64,000 nucleotides of DNA. Source: Clostridiales bacterium (GTDB lineage: Bacteria > Bacillota > Clostridia > Christensenellales > DTU072). Below the pieces are notes generated by a model that saw nothing but the letters and a program-made list of their open reading frames with translations, was not told the DNA's origin and did not search any database. Location: positions 25,935 through 89,934 of the forward strand of contig JAAZJD010000061.1 in NCBI GenBank assembly GCA_012800525.1, written 5' to 3'. Position 1 is the stretch's first letter, and the number at the start of each line of letters is the position of its first letter. The position numbers were made by a program, and so were the translations under genes. Positions 20,701-29,415 of this stretch are shown in pieces.

Positions 20701-22837
20701 AATAACTAATCCAATGGAAGTTGGTGATGAGCATGCGAACACAAAAAAAGGACAATATTTTGACATTAATTTAAAAGATTTCCCAAATATGGATGATTTA
20801 GAGGGTGGATTTATTAATTTTAATGAGGATGGGTATTTACTAAATATTACAATGAAAAGCACGAACTATAATAGTGTTCATTCTCCAGTACGGATTTATA
20901 TTACAAGAAGGGAAATACCTAAATATGATATAAACTTATCACTGAACAAGATATATGATGGCACAGATCAAGTTGTTGTGCCAGATAATGTTTGGAAAAC
21001 TCCAGAACTTATTGATCCTGTGGCTATTTCAAGGGGATTATCTGTACGTGCTAGATTTGCAAATAAAGATGTAGGAGATAATAAAAATATATACGTAGAA
21101 TATTTCGTAGATAGTAGATACGTTAATAATTTTGATTTACAAGAAGAATATACATTAGAAGGTGAATTTGGAGAAATTTCTCCAAGAGAAATAGACATAG
21201 CTTTTAATGTTATGGAAAGACAGGTTATCTATGGAAATGATTTTAATTTAAATATTCAAGAAATTCATTTAGTAGGTGGGGAAACTCTTGAATCTCAACA
21301 TATCACAATAAATTTATATGCAAATATAGAAGGACAGATAGTTGCTTTAAATGATATTAGAGATGTCGGTGTTTATGATATCAAAGTTGAAGTTGATAAT
21401 CCCGATACAAACTATACATTTGAAAATGCTGATACAACAGCGAGACTAATTATTCAGCAGAGAAACATAGGAATACAACCTAATTCTGAGTACACTAAAT
21501 ATGAAGATGGTACAGTTGATGTGGATATTTCAGTAGGGAACTATTATAAATTTACAAATGTACTTGAAGAAGACAATGATAAGTTGTTTATAACTGGCTA
21601 TTCTGCAGAATTAATTTCTGCAAGTCATCAATATTTGCCAAATTATATTCAAGTTAGGAATATACAGTTAGCTAGTAGCGAAGATGCTTTGATAAATAAT
21701 TATGTATTAAGCATTGCCGATGTCTTAAATATCCCAGCTAGAGTTTTGCCTATTTTTAGTAATTTAATTTTAACACCAAGAGATGCAAATTTTGACAATA
21801 CGCCCAAGGAGGTGGAGTATAGGGTTTCGTTGGTTGAAGGTGCTGAAATTCATTTGAGATATGCGGGGTTAGATTCGGTGCCAGTTAATGCAGGAACATA
21901 CATAGTTACTAGTTTTGTAAAGAGAGGTAATTATGAAGTAGAGGGGCCAGAAACAACTTTGACAATAAAAAAAGCAACGCCTAATATAGAATTTTTCGGT
22001 GAGTTTAGACAAATATATGGAGACTTTACTCCTATACAAGCAAAAGCAACAAGCCCTTATGGTTTGAATGTTACTGCAAATATAACGTATAGTTTTGATT
22101 CGCAAAATTTTAATTATGAACCAGCTGGCGAAAATCATATAGTATTTGCAAATTTTGAAGAAAATACCAACTATAATGCTGTTACGATGCAAAGAAAACT
22201 TGTTATAAAGCCAAAAGAGGTAACTATAACTTTTTCAAATTATGACAATATTGTTTACAATGGACAAGATCAAAAAGAAAATATTGGAGTAACGGTAAAT
22301 GGGGCAATGGAAGCGGATTTATTCAAGCCTCATAAAGTTTTTAGTTCAAGTGAAGTAAAACATGCTGGTGAATATAGCGTATCAGTATCGTCAAAAAATC
22401 CTAATTATGTTATTAGTGGAGTAAGTAGTTTAAATTTTAGAGTAAAAAAAGCAAATTTAACTGTAAGGGTAGTAATAGATGATACTGTTATGTCTAAAAA
22501 GCCTACATATAAAATAATTTATGAAGGCTTTATAGAAGGTGATGAAATTAAGGATTTAGAAAAGGAGCCTATTGTAATAATTTCTCAATCAAAAATGGGT
22601 GAAAATACAGCCATCCCACAGGGAGGCTTAGATGCAAATTATAACTTTGTTTTTGAAAATGAAGAAGCATCATATAATGTTGTAGGCGATACACCAACAA
22701 ATACAAAAAGCACTTATTTGCCATATTTAATTATTGGTGGAATTTTTGGTCTAACTGTCTTAGTTTTAGTGTTGGCCTTTATCTCAAGAAAAAAAATCTT
22801 AAGAAAAGCGGTATCAAGAAGAAAGGGAACTAGATGA
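14735..22837 (+). CDS. 2700-aa membrane-anchored surface protein (adhesin-like) with YDG and MBG-type Ig-like repeats
   Basis: N-terminal signal peptide; GLUG/ZmpA-like start (NYSLQNDITLD...GTFDGNGKKIT); two YDG domains (KAYDGTT...ASFADSSVGSNKTI; KIYDGTD...ARFANKDVGDNKNI); about 14 (N/D)xGxY motifs; C-terminal TM (YLIIGGIFGLTVLVLVLAFI) then a basic tail; no LPxTG. Confidence 0.8.
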   Translation: MKGKEKTNHIKIVILLSIAFFMLLFKFFTISISYNQPIKAAYAANVITDGADFWSTFYSNGNNISGNYSLQNDITLDYSSLPNDEYIKKSFSGGTFDGNGKKITITGSKTLQYYANANLDTVQDLDIGLLFGNLLNYKVQNLKVLFDANIHIRYENPSAYIPDERADDMKISSAYVGILSGKSSGSSSMSDVDIETTASSRLFVEGIDNKSGFSDREKAGWGYKDWQSPIDRAVSATVALVVGRSNNFTSNQISIKHNGLIISQSHCKIAGQSYVYQSSGGGPSKQYTHSSDYGSHAALFVGMADINSTTNLNYISIEGTGAVVTLLKAASNSTTYIFNDCAGVVSGKILSGITAFNVKGLLYNYNGRVVAATGVGNTIKARLIIGGGVDAKTSIKYFFRDQTVNNGKVASYNQINVTPPASVGGVTSSNQMSSINKTLSFAATDNLGFSGSIASTTTNIESLIPVHEGNTKNDALLTSAIVKYKGFEKVTDTERKIRIFVDLQTANRYLSALEYKASANDTQYISVYANKVTSFEFTLNLNYAQLERVYTYIEQVYINGVDFKIGTNTYSGSHSFQYNGQTSNFSASLETQGIVFGSNLRWSMSHTPRSGYDAEPSNSNQASLTLSVPKTAGTYNFSLKKDVNGVLQNLADGDVIAGNSDTHPSNVYTYSSAYVSNFEFTLTINPIEVTLSSGSGTLSKAYDGTTALGAALVRGLHYDVTGIIPSDASEVGLEYTSASFADSSVGSNKTITISGITFNLPNYTTPTTEMTFNSGQITKKKIEFEYTYDPNAQLGMDGAYRYGYIGTKIIPGVEPVGVVSGEQVSFISRIYLSNSPSDTTVVDAIDVGTYYFRLSLSGGHQGNYEIRDFEATLTGKPFYIIAKQIDIVWEVDGVDIGTPEYTPLIYNGSDQSEAVTTSSDSIYARDTLSGREIVWTYVIKNAVTNDIVDFIDSGAYNIEADLIVTDGTKNFKNYTIKSSTSLAQLTIEKFAFSLQYHYNDASFSTLTYNATNLKVPIKAVQPAGEEPRLPRIELAKVVLDYYLVQSDESLVKIDSATPLKNVGNYKIKPTYSNLNSNFIINSLASEFSFTVEPKIARINIPQREFIYRAANIKGLISYETQDIEVSDRQSVFITIEIPLHPEIINVGEYAGTVKISSQNYIPEVWENGVSTYDDDVNIEVTPYDLSITYPPSYLMPTIEVSNIPQYEFTGEDIEPNVFVQLKNGSDLISTLDKDVDYYLEYSDNISVGQATVIINGKGNYKNTKNVNFQITKINLIFTYIGYSQYTYDSTDLKDNITFNLEKSLSGPQAATVILTYYYKGEGQHGYTVTDNVIDSGSYYVRNSLDPDNSNNENYNLNSTDFNFTVVKKNVRVSFSNYTNLIFDGESKSVNCNFLDENQLGENDKDDEDKVKITISYTKLTKQGELVPPENLTNAGSYYARANLVGTKSHNYLLVTETIYQDFFISKLVVNPNFTIDTEDGIIIYDTLDKKNQIMIDNSSDNIPEIDASQISSWYIRQYRREIASGVYSEVLANVRNAGTYRLEVSLPTSSSQRASNYTVAVNSRFFTFTIAKATITAIFTKDNIGLGEGEDSWEYVAEELDIGTKFDITGDSQAPGAQAMKAELALIQLSPNFYIIDCEEEISVENPINAGQYVAKLENLEGTLNNYIIDDNIDTEFFFEITQKTISSVAWGQGVNNGPYTATVREIVPNSSDVIESDYIFSVTAHKRINPSTEVEIEMSDIKDSGQYRVNLTIISSNYKFATGVETEKIFTINKLSIQYVPPTREVIQEFGSQDIPYSYVHRVAFGGSIFEDITISLTRMPGNDVRQENNGIYPYQTATSTNNNYEIILSNNNNEYGVRIVKYKHTVNPKSFSKYYDGSSTPPELKEGIIINLENPMIGTIEFSLVYKVPLGATDAGYYNLEDFDWEEVEGGEHPHKKNIEIIIDTRNMENKYQIHTKGIEISVPEGGIIEFTYGTEVYKSDLYAYMEITNPMEVGDEHANTKKGQYFDINLKDFPNMDDLEGGFINFNEDGYLLNITMKSTNYNSVHSPVRIYITRREIPKYDINLSLNKIYDGTDQVVVPDNVWKTPELIDPVAISRGLSVRARFANKDVGDNKNIYVEYFVDSRYVNNFDLQEEYTLEGEFGEISPREIDIAFNVMERQVIYGNDFNLNIQEIHLVGGETLESQHITINLYANIEGQIVALNDIRDVGVYDIKVEVDNPDTNYTFENADTTARLIIQQRNIGIQPNSEYTKYEDGTVDVDISVGNYYKFTNVLEEDNDKLFITGYSAELISASHQYLPNYIQVRNIQLASSEDALINNYVLSIADVLNIPARVLPIFSNLILTPRDANFDNTPKEVEYRVSLVEGAEIHLRYAGLDSVPVNAGTYIVTSFVKRGNYEVEGPETTLTIKKATPNIEFFGEFRQIYGDFTPIQAKATSPYGLNVTANITYSFDSQNFNYEPAGENHIVFANFEENTNYNAVTMQRKLVIKPKEVTITFSNYDNIVYNGQDQKENIGVTVNGAMEADLFKPHKVFSSSEVKHAGEYSVSVSSKNPNYVISGVSSLNFRVKKANLTVRVVIDDTVMSKKPTYKIIYEGFIEGDEIKDLEKEPIVIISQSKMGENTAIPQGGLDANYNFVFENEEASYNVVGDTPTNTKSTYLPYLIIGGIFGLTVLVLVLAFISRKKILRKAVSRRKGTR

Positions 22838-23541
22838 GGATTAATAGATTTATTGCACAAAGTGGAGTGACATCTCGTCGAAAAGCGGATGATTTGATAA
22901 AAAATGGTAAAGTTATTGTAAATGGTAAAGTTCTTGTAGACTTATCTTATATTGTTCAAAAAAATGATAAAGTTTTGGTGGATGGTAAAATTGCAAAATT
23001 AAATGAAAAGTTTTCTTATTTGATGTTACATAAGCCTAAAGGATGTGTAACTACTGTTTCTGATGAAAAAGGCAGGAAAACAATCTATGATTATTTAAGC
23101 ATTAAAAATAAACGCTTATTTCCAATTGGTAGATTAGATTATGATACTGAAGGTCTTTTATTGCTAACAAATGATGGCGATTTAGCAAATGTTTTGATGC
23201 ATCCCAAACATGAAGTTTTAAAACGCTATGAGGTAACAGTTAAAGGGGAATTTACAGATATAAACTTCATAGCTTTATCAAAAGATATTGTTTTAGAAGA
23301 TGGGGTTGTTAATGTTTTCAAAATAGATAAAATTTTTGTTTCAGCTGAAAAATCTAAAATAGCAATATCAATAATTGAGGGAAGAAATAGAATAGTTAGG
23401 CGTATTTTTGAACATTTAGGCAAAGAAGTTTTATTTTTAAAAAGAATAGAGGTTGGGCCAATTAAACTTGGAGGTCTTTCTAGAGGACAATCAAGATATC
23501 TGTCGTCCAAAGAAATAAAGTTATTAAAAGAAATTGCTTAG
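22834..23541 (+). CDS. rluB: RluB/RsuA family pseudouridine synthase
   Basis: RINRFIAQSGVTSRRKAD (S4), LHKPKG, FPIGRLDYDTEGLLLLTNDG, EGRNR; ATGA overlap with the upstream stop. Confidence 0.93.
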   Translation: MRINRFIAQSGVTSRRKADDLIKNGKVIVNGKVLVDLSYIVQKNDKVLVDGKIAKLNEKFSYLMLHKPKGCVTTVSDEKGRKTIYDYLSIKNKRLFPIGRLDYDTEGLLLLTNDGDLANVLMHPKHEVLKRYEVTVKGEFTDINFIALSKDIVLEDGVVNVFKIDKIFVSAEKSKIAISIIEGRNRIVRRIFEHLGKEVLFLKRIEVGPIKLGGLSRGQSRYLSSKEIKLLKEIA

Positions 23542-23565
23542 AAATTATGTGAGGAGAATTAAAGG

Positions 23566-24330
23566 GTGAATATATTATTAGTTAATGATGATGGATATAG
23601 AGCTGCCGGAATAATAAGCTTGGCTAAGAGTTTAAGCAAGGATCATAAAGTAACAGTTGTTGCACCTCTAAAATGTAGTAGCGGGATGTCTCATGCAATG
23701 ACATTTAATAAATCTATAACACTTCAAAAAATCGAGTGCGAACATTATGATTGTTATGCTACATCTGGAACTCCTGCTGATTGTGTGAAGGTGGGGCTGT
23801 CATTGATGGCGGAAAATCCACCTGATTTAGTTATATCAGGAATAAACAATCAAGCTAATTTAGGAACAGATGTTGCATATTCTGGGACGGCTAGTGCGGC
23901 AATGGAGGCCTCATTAGAAGGGTTAAAAGCAATAGCCGTTTCTTCTGAGATAGAAAAAGATGATGATTTTGAATATATCAGTCATTATTTTATTAAAAAT
24001 TTACCTTTTTACTTAAAATTAGCATCAAAAAAATACTGTATTTCCGTTAACATCAACCCGCCCTCTATAGGAAATAAAGGGCATAAGATTGTTTCACTTG
24101 GAGTAAGAAAATTTTGTGATATATACTTGATTAGAAAAGGTGATAATGGATTATATTCTTATACATTGATAGGTCATCCAATTAATATTGAGAACAAAGA
24201 AGATACAGATGTATATTGGTACAATCAAGGATATGCAACAATTACACCGCTTTTCTCCGATGCATCTGCGAAAGCTAGAATTTCATACTTAAATAAAAAA
24301 ATTGTAGATAAGAAGAGAGAAAAAAAATGA
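23566..24330 (+). CDS. surE: 5'/3'-nucleotidase SurE
   Basis: ILLVNDDG, VVAP, GTPADCV, ISGIN...NLG, YSGT, TITPL. Confidence 0.95.
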   Translation: MNILLVNDDGYRAAGIISLAKSLSKDHKVTVVAPLKCSSGMSHAMTFNKSITLQKIECEHYDCYATSGTPADCVKVGLSLMAENPPDLVISGINNQANLGTDVAYSGTASAAMEASLEGLKAIAVSSEIEKDDDFEYISHYFIKNLPFYLKLASKKYCISVNINPPSIGNKGHKIVSLGVRKFCDIYLIRKGDNGLYSYTLIGHPINIENKEDTDVYWYNQGYATITPLFSDASAKARISYLNKKIVDKKREKK

Positions 24331-25548
24331 AAATAGCTGTAATAGGAGGTGGCCCTGCTGGAATTTTTGCAGCGATATCTGCAAAAAATTCATCCAATCA
24401 AGTAGTCTTGTTTGAGCGTAACAAAATATTAGGCTCAAAAATATTGCTTACAGGCAAAGGTAGATGCAATTTAACCAATTTATCTCCAATACATGATTTT
24501 ATATCTAATGTTGTAACTAATTCTAAATTTTTATATAGTGCAATTTCTAAATTTTCTCCTAGTGAAACTTATCAGTTTTTTGAGAAAAATGGTTTGCCTT
24601 TAATTGTTCAAAGAGGCAATAGAGTTTTTCCACAAACTGAAAAAAGTTTGGATGTTGTAAAATTTTTAGAAAATTGTTTAATTAAATCTAAAATACAAAT
24701 TTATTATAATTTTAAGGTCAATACAATAGAAGTTTTAAATGGTGGATTTTTTGTTAACAATAATTATGAGGATAGATATGATAAAGTGATAATGGCAACA
24801 GGAGGGCTTTCATATCCCAAAACTGGTTCTGATGGTTATGGTTTTCATATAGTTAAAAATTTGGGACATAGTGTATCTGAATGTAGACCAGGGTTAGTTG
24901 GAATAAAAACATGTACAAATAAATGTTTCCCTACTGGTTTGAGTCTAAAAAATGTAAAGTTTGTTGTTACCAAAAAAAAATAAAATTTTGTTTTCCGAAT
25001 TGGGAGAATTGCTTTTTACACATGTTGGTTTATCTGGTCCATTAGTATTAAAAGCGTCGTCTATAATTAATTTCGAAGATATAGCAAAACTTGATGCATA
25101 CATTGATTTAAAGCCGGGGTTGACGGTTGATGCATTAGATAGAAGAGTTCTAAAGGATTTTAATAGAAACTCAAACAAACTGCTTAAAAACTCTTTAGAT
25201 GCATTGTTGCCTAAAAAATTAATCCCATATTTTATTACTAGAAGTGAAATTGAACCAGAGAAACCAGTTAATCAACTTACTAAGGAAGAAAGAGCTAGGC
25301 TTGTAAGTTTGTTAAAGCACTTAGATTTTAAATTGATATCACTTGAAGAAATTGATAAAGCAATAATAACCTCTGGTGGTGTTGATGTAAAGAATATCGA
25401 TTCTAGGACTATGGAAAGTAAAATTATACCAGATCTTTTTTTTGCTGGAGAAATGATAGATGTCGATGCCTATACTGGTGGATACAACATGCAAATAGCA
25501 ATGTCAACGGGATTTTTAGCTGGCACATCGGCAAAAAATAAAAATTAA
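24327..25548 (+). pseudogene. HI0933/YhiN-family FAD-dependent oxidoreductase split by a one-base frameshift in an A9 run (or an assembly error)
   Basis: ORF 24327-24983 has GGGPAG, KILLTGKGRCNLTN, ATGGLSYP. ORF 24961-25548 has GELLFTHVGLSGP, TSGGV, FAGEMIDVDAYTGGYN. Removing one A from 24972-24980 gives a continuous 406-aa protein. Confidence 0.85.
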
Positions 25549-25565
25549 AAAAGGAGATACAAAAA

Positions 25566-26228
25566 ATGATAAATATAGCAATTGATGGACCTGCTGGTTC
25601 TGGTAAAAGTACATTAGCAAAAAATGTTGCTCACAAATTTAATATATTATATTTGGATACAGGAGCTATGTATCGTGCAATAGCATTATCAATGAAAAAC
25701 AATAACATTGATGTTGAAAATGAAAAATCGGTTATTGAACAGCTAAACAAAATTAATTTAGAAATTAAATATATAAATTCAGTGCAGCATGTTTTGTTAG
25801 ACGGAAGAGATGTAACAAAAGACATTAGAGCAAATGATATAAGTATGCTTGCATCTACTGTATCTAAAATTATGCTAGTTAGGCAAAAACTTGTAGAAAT
25901 GCAAAGGGAAATAGCTGCTAAAAATGATTGTGTCTTAGATGGGCGAGACATAGGGACATATGTTTTGCCTAATGCAGCTCTAAAGATATTTTTAATAGCA
26001 ACTCCTGAGATTAGAGCTCAACGTAGAAAAAAAGAATTAACAGAAAACGGCATTAATGTTGAATATGAAGTTTTGTTAAATGAAATAAAAGCAAGGGATT
26101 TACAGGATTCAAGTAGGGATTTTGCTCCATTGAAACAAGCAGACGATGCTGTAGTAATTGATACATCAAATAATACGATTGAAGAGACCTTTAAAAAGGC
26201 TGTTAAGCTAATTACTAAACTTTTTTAA
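25566..26228 (+). CDS. cmk: Cytidylate kinase
   Basis: IAIDGPAGSGKST, LDTGAMYRA, DGRDIGT, RDLQDSSR. Confidence 0.97.
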   Translation: MINIAIDGPAGSGKSTLAKNVAHKFNILYLDTGAMYRAIALSMKNNNIDVENEKSVIEQLNKINLEIKYINSVQHVLLDGRDVTKDIRANDISMLASTVSKIMLVRQKLVEMQREIAAKNDCVLDGRDIGTYVLPNAALKIFLIATPEIRAQRRKKELTENGINVEYEVLLNEIKARDLQDSSRDFAPLKQADDAVVIDTSNNTIEETFKKAVKLITKLF

Positions 26229-26230
26229 AC

Positions 26231-28393
26231 ATGAAAATATTAACTCAAAATATCGTTGGATTTTGTGGAGGAGTGCAAAGATCTCTAGATTTACTAAATG
26301 TTGCCCTGTTCACTTACAGTGAAGTGTATATGTTAGGAGAAATAGTAAATAATAAATTGGTGGTGGAACAGTTTAGGCAAAAAGGAGCAATATTTGTAGA
26401 CAATGCTTTAGAAATCCCAGCAAATTCTGTAGTAGTTATTAGAGCACATGGTGAAACGAAGGAAAATATTGAACATTTAAAGAAAAAATCATGTAAAATT
26501 ATTGATGCTACTTGTCCCAAAGTACAAATAATCAGAGATCAAGTAGTTGAAAAGGAGGCTGAAGGATATAAAGTTCTGATTTTAGGTAATGCTAATCATC
26601 CAGAAGTTTTAGGATTTTCTAGTTTAGTTGAAAATAAAATTTTTATTAGAGATGATGACAATTTTTCATTTTTAGATAAATCGGATAAGTTTTTCTTAGT
26701 TACTCAAACATCTTTTAATTACGATAAACACCTTACATATACGCAAAAACTAACTAATTTGGCTAATAATCAAAACAAATTAGTTGTCATATTAGATAGT
26801 ATTTGTTATACTACAAAAGAACGACAAAATAGTGCTAAAAAAATAGCAAAACAGGCCGATACTATCTTTGTTGTAGGTGATAAAATAAGCAGTAATACGA
26901 CCAAATTGTTTGAGATTTCAAGCCAAATTTGCAAAAACACATATTTTATTACCCAAGTTTCTGATTTAAAGTTAGTTAAAAATAAAAAAAAGATAAAAAT
27001 ACTTGGCATATTGTCAGGGGCATCTACTCCTAAAGAGTTGGTGGTGGAGGTTATAAAAGTAATGAGTGAGATTCAAAAAACTGAAGAACAAAGTGAGTTT
27101 CAAAAAACTGAAGAACAGACATTTCTTGATGGAATTGAAAAAACTTTATCTGCGTCTGAAAAACCAATTAAACCTGGTGAAAGTGTAGAAGTTGAAGTTG
27201 TTTCTGCTGATGAGACTGGTTTGCGTTGTAGTTTGGTAGGAACACATAGAAAAGTTGATATGTGTTTCATTGATAAAGATGATGTTGAGATTGAAGGCGA
27301 TTATGATGCTAACAAGTATCAACCTGGAGATACATTTAAAGCTGTTTTTTTAAAGCATGATAAACAGTTTTATTTTTCTAAAAAATCACATGATAAAAAA
27401 CAAATAGAAAATGAAAAAGCAGAACAAATTTTAGCAGGGAAAGATTTTAAGTTTACTTTTCATAAAACTACTCCAAATAACTCATGTTTGATTGGTAAAC
27501 TGGGTGATTACTCCATTTTAGTCCCCGCAAGTCAGATTACTTTTAGACATGTTAAAGATATCAACAAGTACATAGGTAAAGAGTTGAAACTACGCGTTTT
27601 ACCCCCCGAAAATTCTGAAGATAAAAACATAAGGAAAAAAACTATTTTTGCTAGTCAAAAGTTGATAATGGAAGAAGAAAGAGCTGCAAGGGATGAAGCA
27701 TTTTGGTCAAAAATTGAGATTAACAATGTTCTTGAAGGTAAGGTAAAAAGATTCGGATATAAAGATGGCAAACCTTTTGGAGCATTTATATCCATTGATG
27801 GTCATGATTGTTTAGCACATATTGGTGATTTAAGTTGGACAAAAGTTGAAAAACCAGAAGAAATTTTAGAACTTGGAAAAGTCTATGAGTTTGTTGTGTT
27901 GAGTTTTGATAAAGAAAAAAATAGAGTTTCTTTAGGATATAAGCAGTTGCAAAAACGTCCTCATGAATTGTTGGCAACCAAATACCCAGTTGGTACAATT
28001 GTCAAAGGAATAGTTAAAGAAATCCCTGAAAAAGGTTTTTTTGCTGTAATAGATTTAGGTGAAGATGAAGGTATTGTTTACATTTCAGAAATTGCAGATA
28101 AATTTATTGAATCGATTAATAGCGAATTAAGTGTGGGTCAAGAAGTAGAAGCAAAGGTTATTGGGGTAGAACGTTTTAATAAAGTAAAACTCAGCATTAA
28201 ACAAGCAACTCCAATTGCCGAGCCTAAAGAAAAAGCAAAGTCAACCAAAGATAATTCTAAAACCAAAAAAACACAAAAAGCTGATAGTAATGAGTATATT
28301 GGCGGAGAGTCCATGGGTGCTACGTTGGCTGATTTTTTAGATGCAGAAACAACAAAAAAATTGAAAGAAACAGCAAAAAACAATAAAAAATAA
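26231..28393 (+). CDS. ispH: Fused IspH (HMBPP reductase) / 30S ribosomal protein S1
   Basis: GFCGGV, RAHG, DATCP, HPEV, QT, SIC...RQ, SSNT, GASTP in the first ~275 aa; S1 repeats after (FGAFISIDGHDCLAHIGDLSW, EGIVYISEI). This fusion is typical of Clostridia. Confidence 0.92.
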   Translation: MKILTQNIVGFCGGVQRSLDLLNVALFTYSEVYMLGEIVNNKLVVEQFRQKGAIFVDNALEIPANSVVVIRAHGETKENIEHLKKKSCKIIDATCPKVQIIRDQVVEKEAEGYKVLILGNANHPEVLGFSSLVENKIFIRDDDNFSFLDKSDKFFLVTQTSFNYDKHLTYTQKLTNLANNQNKLVVILDSICYTTKERQNSAKKIAKQADTIFVVGDKISSNTTKLFEISSQICKNTYFITQVSDLKLVKNKKKIKILGILSGASTPKELVVEVIKVMSEIQKTEEQSEFQKTEEQTFLDGIEKTLSASEKPIKPGESVEVEVVSADETGLRCSLVGTHRKVDMCFIDKDDVEIEGDYDANKYQPGDTFKAVFLKHDKQFYFSKKSHDKKQIENEKAEQILAGKDFKFTFHKTTPNNSCLIGKLGDYSILVPASQITFRHVKDINKYIGKELKLRVLPPENSEDKNIRKKTIFASQKLIMEEERAARDEAFWSKIEINNVLEGKVKRFGYKDGKPFGAFISIDGHDCLAHIGDLSWTKVEKPEEILELGKVYEFVVLSFDKEKNRVSLGYKQLQKRPHELLATKYPVGTIVKGIVKEIPEKGFFAVIDLGEDEGIVYISEIADKFIESINSELSVGQEVEAKVIGVERFNKVKLSIKQATPIAEPKEKAKSTKDNSKTKKTQKADSNEYIGGESMGATLADFLDAETTKKLKETAKNNKK
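27065..27118 (+). repeat. 2 x 27-bp tandem repeat at the IspH/S1 junction
   Basis: AGTGAGATTCAAAAAACTGAAGAACAA then AGTGAGTTTCAAAAAACTGAAGAACAG (SEIQKTEEQ/SEFQKTEEQ). Confidence 0.92.
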
Positions 28394-28404
28394 TAATAAC
28401 ACAA

Positions 28405-28428
28405 AAAACCCTCTATCCAGAGGGTTTT
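28405..28428. terminator. Bidirectional intrinsic terminator between ispH/rpsA and tRNA-Trp
   Basis: AAAACCCTCT-ATCC-AGAGGGTTTT, flanked by A-run and T-run. Confidence 0.85.
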
Positions 28429-28441
28429 CAATTTTTTTCAA

Positions 28442-28517
28442 TGGCAGGGGAGACGCGACTCGAACACGCAACCGGCGGTTTTGGAGACCGCTGCTCTACC
28501 AATTGAGCCACTCCCCT
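28442..28517 (-). tRNA. tRNA-Trp(CCA)
   Basis: Reverse complement AGGGGAG...GCGGT-CTCCAAA-ACCGC...GTTCGA...CTCCCCT-G-CCA; 76 nt. Confidence 0.97.
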
Positions 28518-28530
28518 TGAATTCTACTTA

Positions 28531-28559
28531 ATTTTATATTAAAATTGTTTTTAAGTCAA
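28531..28559 (-). promoter_or_regulatory. SigA promoter of tRNA-Trp
   Basis: On minus strand TTGACT, 17 bp, TAAAAT ending 13 nt before the tRNA 5' end. Confidence 0.7.
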
Positions 28560-28593
28560 TACAATAAATAGTTATAGTTAAGGGAGTTTTTTT

Positions 28594-29403
28594 ATGTATG
28601 ATATAGGTTTTGTAGGTGTTGGTGTGATGGGGGGAGCAATTCTTAATCAAATAATTGCTAAAACCCCAAAAGATATGGATAAACTCAACCCAAATAGAGT
28701 TTTAGCTTACGATATTGATAAGGAAAAGTTAGATAGGTTTAAAAACTTAGGCATTAATGTAGCACAAGATATTTCTAATGTTTTTTTAAATTGTAAAACC
28801 GTTGTTATTGGTATAAAGCCACAACAATATTTTGACATGATAAAAACTATTAAAAGTTTTTCATGTAGCACAGTTATAACAATTATGGCAGGCGTAACTA
28901 TAAAAACAATCGAAAAATATTTTAAAAATATTGAAATAATTCGATTGATGCCAAATTTGCCAGTTTTGATTGGCAAAGGTGTTATTGCATACTGTCACAA
29001 TCATAAAAACATATATTTAAATAAATTTTTAACTTTATTTAATAGTTGTGGGAAATTGATTGAAGTAGAGGAAAATATGTTTGATGTAGTCACTAGTATA
29101 TCTGGCAGTGGACCTGCTTATGTTGCATATTTTGCTAAATCAATGATTGATTCTGCAGTTGCAATGGGTCTAGATTTTAATATATCAAAGCAATTAGTTT
29201 TAGCAACGGTAAATGGAACTAGCGAATATTTAACCGTTTGTAATGAAGATATTGATAATTTTATATCTAAAGTTTGTAGCAAAGGTGGAACTACTATAGA
29301 GGCAATTAATTCATTCAAAACTGAAAAGCTAGAATCGATTATTAACAACGGGATGGTCAAATGCAAAAATCGAGCTAAAATGTTATCTAATGAAATTTTA
29401 TAA
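28594..29403 (+). CDS. proC: Pyrroline-5-carboxylate reductase
   Basis: IGFVGVGVMG, IKPQ, RLMPNLP, SISGSGPAY, VCSKGGTT. Confidence 0.96.
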   Translation: MYDIGFVGVGVMGGAILNQIIAKTPKDMDKLNPNRVLAYDIDKEKLDRFKNLGINVAQDISNVFLNCKTVVIGIKPQQYFDMIKTIKSFSCSTVITIMAGVTIKTIEKYFKNIEIIRLMPNLPVLIGKGVIAYCHNHKNIYLNKFLTLFNSCGKLIEVEENMFDVVTSISGSGPAYVAYFAKSMIDSAVAMGLDFNISKQLVLATVNGTSEYLTVCNEDIDNFISKVCSKGGTTIEAINSFKTEKLESIINNGMVKCKNRAKMLSNEIL

Positions 29404-29415
29404 GGTAAAGATAAT

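Noticed and set aside
28442-28517. UGA recoding (code 4 or 25)
   Set aside because: tRNA-Trp has a CCA anticodon; TGA ends rbfA and the giant ORF; conserved genes are intact under code 11.
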